DNA from: an uncultured Acidobacteriota bacterium
GTDB taxonomy: Bacteria > Acidobacteriota > Blastocatellia > RBC074
DNA: 64,000 nucleotides
Direction: 5' to 3'
NCBI GenBank assembly: GCA_963796275.1
Contig: CAWCKY010000006.1
Location: forward strand, 1,568,001-1,632,000
Under the pieces are notes generated by a model that worked only from the letters and a program-made list of their open reading frames with translations, had not been told where the DNA came from and made no database searches. Each line of letters begins with the position of its first letter. Within the stretch, counting starts at the first letter, position 1. This document shows positions 23,701-31,300 of the stretch, one piece after another. Position numbers and translations under genes: made by a program.

Positions 23701-23976
23701 CAAGTTCCCAATATATCGGTTTTTGGTTATGCTGGGGTCGGTATTGGTGGGTGGCTCAGCAATGCTCGAACCCCATATGACCTGACAAAAACAGTTAACA
23801 CAATCTCTATAAATTTCGGAATACCATGGGTCGCAGACTTGCAGGGCGGATTTTCGCTGTCTTATGGTAATGGAATATATCAACTTACTATTGACCCTCC
23901 AACCGGTATTCCTTTCACGGGGATCGGAGGTGGTATGGGCATTATCAAGCAAACGACTGCCACTAAGGGATGGTGA
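17746..23976 (+). CDS. rhs: RHS/YD-repeat polymorphic toxin, copy 1 (Gly-rich C-terminal tip)
   Basis: YD repeats; RHS core ...YAVNRYYSSRQGRFTQVDP...NPQSLNLYAYVEGDPVNSRDPLGL; N-terminal extended hydrophobic signal and Ig-like domain; CAGGAGG SD before ATG 17746. Confidence 0.93.
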   Translation: MSRLLAKSSLFLAHSIHSALSACGTLRAAFRQTGGCLSSLLRALMLRREPERRRFAPSAIHRFVCAAMVIVMPAQMVLASPQITHALAEGVRVRSINSWQRAEHWWGASGWGASSALFVRENLPFLGSAKPQRKGGDGRGAPAGERMPQPRPQETQAERQARVARVEVIPAEAAVRPDQEVEFIVIGYDSDGAPVSSLPFELSGEDEKTGESVAVGGKGKFAASREGDYRVKVNALGHRAEARVKVNTAPGALSDRPVVPYTFSSRDLPQAPRSSSSVTPGNRRPGKQKGNIVGGLASRYAASGTKLMAAIAQSQGDLYGWNDGNATTADDPGSGRGMPTGEPPDGGAGSANFQFTAPVLAVEGRGLDLDLGMYYNARVWHKAGPVITYNIDNEQVPGWRFGLSKIVGMGEQSGFMIMEANGTRRSYTCTITPQQPIGFADCKTTDGSFIDYHVEASYPGGKPISARMALSNGTVITMDTANPYGSGPNAVYPQNIQDSHGNRINIAYAPHSFPYGGEPKIRYIIDTMGKVIEFYYNADHLPVAVTAPGLDGTRRTMVRITYDWINKSSLGTFTNMVPLIRNTSYPRVKAIYYPESKTGWWFGDSYSVYGMLAKVVNQRGMSFSGASLPADSLQPADMGTITPGVMTHQLVYDYPMVSSGLRDEPRYQTMTETWAYMDEAPAVTRYLVQEDATPRRTEMTRPDGVKMVMLSHNAPGDFKDGRVYQNETFSPQGALLSRSYIEWEEGNCPQPGQAPGPYEYCAPRVSRIETTDELGQTTGKEYSYGSHFNQVGETRLYGYGYKFDGTKTLLRKTKTEYMNDGKYIDYRQRAYGSHIYNLVKASEVYGADGTTRLARTEYSYDENTGTGGLKDAPEITTDGYNSYFNPHSTPGNIDTWNRGDVTSVKRYAKAATLEGAITGTMDYDTTGNVVKVVPQCCGQTMIEYTLNTQYSWPESVTSGSVTETTKQNKTFATYDFGTGLLKNETDANGRISQYEYIPGTTRPLKEIGPTGAYTYHEYDDAGLKVMDFVYRAGESEGDFSSRSDKYLNGQGQVRLAIGYGKDDVQDQVASRYDQMGRMKQQSRPYRDGETPQWSTVTYDDLDRPMKTTSPDLSEMTRAYNEEVEPEGALGQAGQTVRVRDAWGREHWARRDALRRLVEVIEPNPDGDGSVGTGGLITTYSYDELDRLIEVRQGNQRRRFRYNSFGQVTHQKLAEQAGTLNDQGEYVEMGGQWSSVFKYDPRTTLMTESVDARGVKTVFEYNDDPLYRVQTLRYDKSGVPASLAGTILDAASVDYFYMTTGDVTRLRSMEVASGMGNETMSYDSEGRPSEVVRTFAGRGDYPLVMNYEWDELGRLKAMTYPNQYGAGDIRKKVEYTYDSASRVESMKFGGVSFAANPVYNAADQTTSLKVGSQTVENYGYDLQTGLLTTQQVVRGGTDKLVDLKYNYTLTNDANNSGAKTGQLTGITDLKNPARNRIHKYDNLGRLKMVQGGANAFTSPDWSQSYRYDRFGNKLGVTKNGNSPQIPLDGMGSVSVNPLNNRITSAGFAYNDTGDQTSAVIDESGTQQQSQYDAAGRLVKVLDGSGTTVLASYSYGAGNQRLMSVEGGVTRYFAWGGEGILSEYEAVGASGLKWKTSYVYLSGQLMATTSGSDGSETRFHHPNRLGGTRLVTDAANGEIVAEQLSLPYGTMQPYGAYGGDNSYQHPTKSNPSRKRFTSYDLDDATGMHYAVNRYYSSRQGRFTQVDPIVMGSVELANPQSLNLYAYVEGDPVNSRDPLGLDGLSFSFGGPYPTGGGGGGWWNSLLSFGPFTFSFGFGSGFGGPFIPWFPLPMNRMLLLQQQLGIQPTYVAKPQEPKPLLPLLQEPPTAQPFVSKSPSISESDFYYNEEYGATLRIGQASESKASADGFFANVRKWLPGSFGLSIDAAANAGMGMGYNAVGSAGIGTFSGRPFFGLPNGAFASGGVSGYGTNHPFSYPQEVPDKIGGLQVPNISVFGYAGVGIGGWLSNARTPYDLTKTVNTISINFGIPWVADLQGGFSLSYGNGIYQLTIDPPTGIPFTGIGGGMGIIKQTTATKGW

Positions 23977-24279
23977 TTTGTAATGTTGTCGGATGAGATG
24001 TTGATATGAATATCTGGCAATTCCCTGATTAATTTCGCATAGATTTCAGGGCCTCAATCTGAGTTGCTCTATCATTCAAGGTCGTTAGCAGGCTGGTGCA
24101 GAAGATGAGATAATCGAGTAGAACGCACTATAGATGATATGAAAACATGGTGCTGGCGCCCAGTTCGGCTAGTAACACTGATTTGAACGTTTCCTTGATA
24201 GACTAGAGACTATCTGGCCCTTCAAGGAAGCGTCTTGACCTTCATATATCTTCTTCGTTATTTTAAGATTGCAGAGTAA

Positions 24280-24672
24280 ATGGATTGTATATTTCAAATT
24301 GTTACTTTTGTCATTCAGCTTATGGGCTTTGCCCTATTCATTTTCGTATTTATTTGGCTCTTTGCTCGCCCACTTCTCTATAGTTATCAAATATCCCACA
24401 GTGGTATAGACATTATGTTTATGTACGTATATAAAATGTATTATATTAATTTCGATGACATCGTAAATATCCGAGTTGAGAACTATCTATCCGCATTAAG
24501 GAATTTCAATAGCATTAGCAATATCCGCAAAACGAAAAACCTGTTAGATACATTTTACCCGAAGCGAGTGATGGTAATCACCACAAGCGGAAAGATACAG
24601 AATTGGATATTATCCACGACTCCTCTTGAGTACATTAGCAATAATGTAAAGATAAGTATTGAGTACAAATGA
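24280..24672 (+). CDS. AT-rich membrane protein, candidate immunity protein for RHS1
   Basis: N-terminal TM helix followed by small PH-like beta domain (I.FDDIVNIR); low GC; first ORF downstream of the toxin tip. Confidence 0.6.
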   Translation: MDCIFQIVTFVIQLMGFALFIFVFIWLFARPLLYSYQISHSGIDIMFMYVYKMYYINFDDIVNIRVENYLSALRNFNSISNIRKTKNLLDTFYPKRVMVITTSGKIQNWILSTTPLEYISNNVKISIEYK

Positions 24673-25133
24673 TCATCAGAGTTGAGGCTAAAATCAATAA
24701 GTTAATACATAGACATAAAAACCGAGTCAATATTTCACCTATAATGTTGCTCGTTTTAGCGGTTGTATCCTGCTCTTCTTTGCAAAGCCCTGAGTTAGCC
24801 AACATTGCGATTCAGGATTTCCATAAAAAATATAATAACGAACAGTACAAAGAAATTTACAATCAATCGGATGAAAGCTTCAAACAAACTGTGCCAGAGG
24901 GAGAAGCCATAGTATTTTTTACCAAGCTTGGTGAAAAGCTGGGAAAAGTTGGAAACACCAAGCCGATTAAGCAGGGTATAAGCGTAACATCAATGGGAAC
25001 TATGGTAACCATAAGTAATGATACGGAGTTCTCAAGAGGAAAGGCGCAAGAAAGATTTGTATTTATCATTAAAGATAGTGTTATTAAGCTGATGGATTAT
25101 AAAGTAGATTCGCCCTTATTGCTCTCGCGATAA
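24669..25133 (+). CDS. Lipoprotein, NTF2-like/DUF4019-like; candidate second or orphan immunity protein
   Basis: Overlaps previous stop (ATGA); lipobox LAVVSC; FHKKYNNEQYKEIY..SD..FK...KLG...TEF..GKAQE.F pattern; low GC. Confidence 0.65.
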   Translation: MIIRVEAKINKLIHRHKNRVNISPIMLLVLAVVSCSSLQSPELANIAIQDFHKKYNNEQYKEIYNQSDESFKQTVPEGEAIVFFTKLGEKLGKVGNTKPIKQGISVTSMGTMVTISNDTEFSRGKAQERFVFIIKDSVIKLMDYKVDSPLLLSR

Positions 25134-25277
25134 TGCGGAACCAATCGATTCCAAATCCCATTCTCACCGCCAATTCGTTCGGAGATCCGCGACAAGCCAT
25201 GTTCCCAATACATATTTTCAGCTCATGCGCTTAACCTGACGGTAAGGTCTTCGTTTTTTCTTCAGCCACCAGACCAC

Positions 25278-25471
25278 AATTTGAAGAGATGATGCTGAAT
25301 CCGAGGCTACAGCGGGGCGTTTGGGAACCACCCTATGATAGATCAGATGAACATCCCCCTGCCTGGGATATTTGCCGGTAGGACGTGTCAGGCCTCAGTG
25401 AGAATTCCCGGCACCAGTGTTCGAGAGCGACAGGATGCCGATCTCATTGCTGCCGCTTCCGTGAGACAGCC
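25278..25471 (+). pseudogene. Decayed 3' end of a third propeller/TIGR03437-like gene
   Basis: Aligns by eye with 17367-17561 (tttgaaga...tacagcgg...gatagatcagatgaacatccc...attcccggcacc...atctcatt...gccgcttccgtgaga), with indels. Confidence 0.8.
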
Positions 25472-25520
25472 ACAGAGGCGCATCCGAAAATCTTAAATTT
25501 CCGGATTTTATCAAAGCGGG

Positions 25521-25582
25521 CAGTCAAATCGGCCCGCGAATAGTCAAAACGGCCAGTGAATAGTCATTTAGGCTCTGTTTAT
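25521..25582 (+). promoter_or_regulatory. Second copy of the 20-bp-period operator, cassette 2
   Basis: cagtcaaatcggcccgcgaatagtcaaaacggccagtgaatagtcatttaggctctgtttat; one mismatch to the copy at 14869. Confidence 0.6.
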
Positions 25583-25690
25583 CATTTTGAGATATCAATA
25601 CCCTGAAGCTGTCTGATCAGATCGATTGAAATCTGGTTGTTGGCCGGGTTTATTGGATTCATCTTTCTTCCAAAAGGAGGGTTTCATAAC

Positions 25691-28213
25691 GTGAAAAGTT
25701 ATATTCTGTTTTTATGCGGGTTTGTCATGTGCTGTTTCACCGTCTTGGGTTCGGAAAATATTCTCACTACCACCAGCGCGCAACAAGCCGACATTGAACT
25801 TTCGCTGGCTCTGTTGCCGATTCCCGGCAATACGGTCGGAATTCGTGTGCGCGGGGCGAGTAGGAACGGCAAGCGTCTGGTCTTCGAATCGGAGAACAAT
25901 TTTAACGGCGGCAATCCCGACCGAAACCCCGAGATTTTTGTCTTTGATATCGATTCCCAAAGTATCATTCAGATAACTAACTCCCAGAATAGGGCGCACC
26001 CCTTCGTCTATGTCAAAAACCTTACGCCATCGATCAGCGGTGATGGATCCAAGATCGTCTTCTCTTCCAATGCGCCTTTGGGCGATATGCCGAACACTAA
26101 TTACAATAGTGAAATCTACCTGGCCAATCTGCCGCCCGGCGCGACGACGGCGACGATCCGTCGCCTGACCAAGACCACCGAACCGAACTGTAGCATCGGG
26201 AATCCAAGCGTCAATGATGACGGCAGTATGATCGTTTTCGGATCGGGTTGTAAGGTCTTCAATGAGACCAATGTTGCAGGGTCATTTACTGCCGATATTC
26301 CTGCGTATAGTGCCGAAATTATGGCGCTTCGGCTGGATCCTGGGCAAACGCGATATCGATACATTCAGGTGACGGGTTCGCAAAATTATAACGACTGCGA
26401 GGGTACCTGTTCCAGCCATACTCCGAGAGTCAGTGGCAATGGGATGGTGGTGGCGTTTCTCTCTTACGGGAATTTTGAGGGCAGAAACGTCGATGCGAAC
26501 GGGGATTTTCAGAGTGGTAATGAAGAGATTTTCCTAAGCAGGTATGATCTTGGGAGTAGTAGATTCACCAACATCATACAGGTCACCGATACCCTTGAAA
26601 ACAACGGTGTGGGGGGAATCGTTCCGATCTTCGATGTAATGACGGGAAAATTCCGAGTAGATAATAATAGGGCGAGGGCAAACCTGTTTCCGCCGTATAT
26701 AAATCCGCTGAGCAATGATGGGAGGTGGCTCGTGATGGAGTCGGCGGGAAACTATGATGGGATCAATCACAACAAGGCGCGGAACGTCTGGCTTTTCGAT
26801 ACAGTCAACCGCTCTTTTATTAGGCTTACCAATCAGATGGCCTCTCCTATGCCGACCCAGGATGAGCTGGGGCGGCTGGACCATACTTTCACACCCAGCA
26901 TCGATGCGGCGGGAACATTCATAACTTTCTGCTCGTCGCTCAATCTCACATCGCAGAACCCCGATGGCAGCAAAGAGGTTTTCAGGTACGAGATTAACAA
27001 CGGGACTCTCCGGCAGCTCACTTTCACCCAGCCTTCGTCTTTCTTCGACGATCAGCGTTACAACTTCACATCATCGTTTCTAACTGAAAATGGCGATATG
27101 GTGTCATTCAATTATCTCACGCAATCGCTGCAGCCCAACGCCCAGAACGTTATGGGCCTTTTCCAGATGATTATCCGCCCGATAACCAGCCCCAACAATG
27201 TGGGGACGGCTATCGGCAATGCGGCAAGCTTCAACACGAACCAGATCGCGCGCGGGTCACTCGCTATCTCCCTTGGCACTCAGATCGCGGGGGCCGTGTC
27301 CCCGGCCTCGCTGCCATTCGTGCTCAATGGGGTATCAGTCAGGGTAGGCCAGGTGGCGGCGCGGATCGCCTCGATAGTAGATGGAAGAGTCACATTCTTG
27401 ATGCCAAATGAAATTGCGACTGGAGTGATCGATTACTCGATCAACGATAACGGAGTGCAACATACGGGTAATGTAGTAATCGTGGATGCAGCGCCTGGAA
27501 TCTATACCATCGACGGGGGCGGGACAGGAGATTCGACCGCCTATTGTTACAGCATATACCGGAACGGGACAGATGGTTACTCGGATCTTCCGTGCGCGGC
27601 GAGTAACAACGACGCGACCAATTTTCTGGTCATCGTGGGGACGGGCTGGCGTAATTCTCCTGGGGGTACCCAGGTCAAGATCAACGGGACAACATTGAAT
27701 TCGAGCTATAGCGGCGCGACCGGGCTTCTCACTCAGGATCAGATCAACGTCATTCTCCCGTCGTATCTCGCCGGATTGCAGAATGCCGAACTCTCGGTGG
27801 TGATTCCCGGCAGCGGGCTTGAGAGCAACAGGGTGCCGATCTCATTCCAGGGTACGCCGACATCCCCAACCATTTTGGAGGGCAATGATGGTGTCGATTG
27901 TGTGAGCTCAAGGCTTGGGCAGCCCGACACCTACTCGGAGCCGCCGTGTGTGGTGAGCAATGGCTCAACAATGAGGCTCCTGGTCCTCTATGGATTTGGG
28001 TGGCGCAATGCGCCGAATCTGCAGGTCAAGTTTGAGGAATTGATACTGAATCCGAGCTACAGCGGCCCGTTGGGGAATAATCCAGCGATAGATCAGATGA
28101 ACATCATACTACCATCGAGTCTTGCCGGCAGGACGGGCCATATCTCAGTGATAATTCCCGGCACCGGCGTCGAGAGCAATAAGGTGAGCATCTCATTCCA
28201 GCCGCTTCCGTGA
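25691..28213 (+). CDS. Secreted beta-propeller/TIGR03437-like protein, copy 2
   Basis: Paralog of 15037-17553; GTG 25691 after AAGGAGG matches the copy 1 start; identical C-terminal SLAGRTGHISVIIPGTGVESNKVSISFQPLP. Confidence 0.8.
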   Translation: MKSYILFLCGFVMCCFTVLGSENILTTTSAQQADIELSLALLPIPGNTVGIRVRGASRNGKRLVFESENNFNGGNPDRNPEIFVFDIDSQSIIQITNSQNRAHPFVYVKNLTPSISGDGSKIVFSSNAPLGDMPNTNYNSEIYLANLPPGATTATIRRLTKTTEPNCSIGNPSVNDDGSMIVFGSGCKVFNETNVAGSFTADIPAYSAEIMALRLDPGQTRYRYIQVTGSQNYNDCEGTCSSHTPRVSGNGMVVAFLSYGNFEGRNVDANGDFQSGNEEIFLSRYDLGSSRFTNIIQVTDTLENNGVGGIVPIFDVMTGKFRVDNNRARANLFPPYINPLSNDGRWLVMESAGNYDGINHNKARNVWLFDTVNRSFIRLTNQMASPMPTQDELGRLDHTFTPSIDAAGTFITFCSSLNLTSQNPDGSKEVFRYEINNGTLRQLTFTQPSSFFDDQRYNFTSSFLTENGDMVSFNYLTQSLQPNAQNVMGLFQMIIRPITSPNNVGTAIGNAASFNTNQIARGSLAISLGTQIAGAVSPASLPFVLNGVSVRVGQVAARIASIVDGRVTFLMPNEIATGVIDYSINDNGVQHTGNVVIVDAAPGIYTIDGGGTGDSTAYCYSIYRNGTDGYSDLPCAASNNDATNFLVIVGTGWRNSPGGTQVKINGTTLNSSYSGATGLLTQDQINVILPSYLAGLQNAELSVVIPGSGLESNRVPISFQGTPTSPTILEGNDGVDCVSSRLGQPDTYSEPPCVVSNGSTMRLLVLYGFGWRNAPNLQVKFEELILNPSYSGPLGNNPAIDQMNIILPSSLAGRTGHISVIIPGTGVESNKVSISFQPLP

Positions 28214-28389
28214 GACGGCCATCTGAGATTTGAGATTTAATATTCGTCCTTAATTCAAATTTCAAATCTCTGTGGCCGAGCCTGATTACTGATCACAGCA
28301 ATATCGTGGTTGGGATTGTTAATAGTCGATTTCGATTATAGATGACCGTCCCAGTTTTGTCTCCAGTCGGTCATCAGGAGGTTGAACCT

Positions 28390-31300
28390 ATGTCTCGCCT
28401 GCTCGAGAAATCCTCTCTCTTCTTGGCCCATTTCATTCACAGAGCTCTTTCCGCGTGTGGAACTCTGCGCGCCGCATTCCGGCAGACACGATGCTGCCTG
28501 TCGTCACTTTTGCGAGCGCTCCTGTTTCGCCGCGAGGCCGAGAGAGGGCGTTTCGCCGTGTCGACCATCCATCGGTTCGTCTGTGCGGTGATGGTGATGG
28601 TGATGCCTGCCCAGATGGTCGTAGCTTCACCTCAGATTTCCCACTCCGTGGCGGAGACGGTCTCGCTAAGAACGATCAATGGGTGGCAGCAGGTGGATCA
28701 CTGGTGGGCCTCGAGCGGATGGGAGGAGAGGACAGAGCGCTTCGTGCGTGAGAACCTTCCCTTCCTGCGCACCGCCACGCCGCAAAGGAAGGGCTGGGAT
28801 GGGAGAGGGGCGCCGGCGGGAGAGCGGATGCCGGAGCCGAGACCGCAGGAGAGTCAGGCAGAGCGCCATGCGCGAGTGGTGCGTGTGGAGGTGATCCCGG
28901 ATGAAGTCACGGTCAGACCCGATCAGCCGGTAGAGTTCATCGTCATCGGATATGACAGCAATAATGCGCCGGTCAGCAGCCTGTCGTTTGAGCTGAGCGG
29001 GGAAGATGAGAAGACCGGGGAGCAGGTGAATGTAGCAGGGAAAGGGAAGTTTGCAGCCTCAAGAGAGGGAGAATACCGGGTGAAGGTCAATGCGTTGGGT
29101 CATCAGGCCGAAGCCCGGGTGAGTGTGAAGGCCGCCCCCCAAGCGCTGAGTGACAGACCGGTGGTTCCCTATACCTACTCATCGCGCGAGGTGGCGCCGG
29201 CGCCGCGATCGACTTCGTCTGTACAGCCGAAGAGCGGGCGCACCGGCAGGCAGAGAGGAAAGATCGCCGGTGGGTGGGCTAGCAGGTACGCGGCGAGCGG
29301 GACGAAGCTGATGGCAGCGATCGCGCAGAGCGGAGATCAGTATGGCTGGAACGACGGCAACGCGGGGACGGCGGACAATCCCGGGTCTCGGCGTGGGACG
29401 CCGGCCGGAGAGCCGCCCGATGGGGGAGCGGGCAACTCCAATTACCAATTCACGGCGCCGGTTCTGGCGGTGGAGGGGCGAGGTCTGGATCTGGATCTGG
29501 GGATGTACTACAACTCGCGGGTATGGCATAAGGCGGGCTTCGTCGTCACCCACGACATCGATCGCGATTGGCCGGCGCCCGGCTGGGAATTCGGGTTCAG
29601 CAAGATCGTGGGGATGGGAGAGCAGAGCGGCTATATGATCATGGAAGCCAACGGGACGAGGCGGCCATACACCTGCACGATCACGCCGCAGCAGCCGATC
29701 GGGTTCGCCGACTGCAAGACGACGGACGGATCATTCATCGATTACCACGTGGAGGCGAATTTTCCGGGAGGAAAACCGATCTCGGCGCGGATGGTGCTTT
29801 CCAACGGGACGGTGATCACGATGGACTCGGCCAATCCATATGGGTCTGGTCCCAATGCGGTCTACCCGCAGAATATTCAGGATAGTCACGGGAATCGGAT
29901 AAATATCGCGTATGTGCCGCACTCATTCCCATATGGCGGGGAGCCGAAGCTACGCTACGTCATCGACACGATGGGGAAGGTGATCCAGTTCTATTACGAT
30001 GCCAATAACCTGCCGGTGGCGGTGACAGCGCCGGGATTGGACGGGACGAGGAGAACGGTGGTGCGGATCACCTACGAATGGAAGAACAAAAGCAGCCTGG
30101 GAAGTTTCGCCAACCTGGTACCGCTGGTCCGAGGTAATACATTTCCGGTGGTGAAGGGGATCTATTATCCGGAGAGCCAGACGGGGTGGTGGTTCGGCGA
30201 CACGGATTCATATTCAGCGTATGGGATGATCGCGAAGGTAGTCAATCAGCGAGGGATGGGCTTCAGCGGGGCGGCGCTGCCGGCCGATTCGTTACAACCG
30301 GCAGATATGGGAACGATCACGCCTGGAGTGATGACGCACCAGTTGGTCTATGACTATCCGATGGTATCGAGCGGATTGAGGGATGAGCCGAGATACCAGA
30401 CGATGACCGAGACGTGGGCGCATATGGATGAGGCGCCGGCGGTGACGCGATATCTGGTGCAGGAGGATGCGACGCCGCGGCGAACGGAGATGACGCGGCC
30501 TGACGGGGTGAAGATGGTGATGCTGTCGCATAACGCGCCGGGAGATTTCAAGGATGGTCGTGTATATCAGAACGAGACGTACAGCCCGCAGGGAGCGCTG
30601 CTGAGCCGATCATACATCGAATGGGAGGAGGGGAACTGTTCGCAGCCGGGGCAGGCGCCGGGGCAATACGAGTACTGTGCGCCGCGCGTGAGCCGGATAG
30701 AGACGACTGATGAACTGGGCCGGAAGACGGGCAAAGAGTTCAGCTACGGGTCGCTCTTCAATCAGGTGGAGGAGGCGCGTCTATATGGCTACGGGTATAA
30801 ATTTGATGGGGCGAAGACGTTGCTGCGGAAGACGAAGACTGAGTATATGAATGATGGGAAGTATATCGATTATCAGCAGCGAGCGTATGGGAGCCATATC
30901 TACAATCTGGTGGCGGCGAGCGAGGTATATGCGGGGGACGGCACGACGCGGCTGTCGCGCGTCGAGTATTCCTATGATGAAAACACCGGGACAGAGGGAT
31001 TGAAAAACGCGCCCGGGATAACGACAGACGGATATAACGATTTCTTCAATCCGCATACTAACCCGACGAGCGAGAGTACGTGGAGTCGAGGAGACGTGAC
31101 GGCAGTCAAGCGATACGCAAAGGCGGCGACGCTGGAAGCCGGGAGCGCGATCAGCGAGACGATGAATTACGACGTGACGGGGAATGTGGTGAAGGTGGTG
31201 CCGCAATGCTGCGGGCAGACGACGATCAATTACACGGCGAACACGCAATACGCGTGGCCGGAATCGGTGACCAGCGGATCGGCGAGTGAGGAGACGAAAC

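Noticed and set aside
15037-28213. Diversity-generating retroelement explaining the variable propeller patches
   Set aside because: Differences are not adenine-specific, include indels and are spread over 1 kb; no reverse transcriptase or template repeat is visible.
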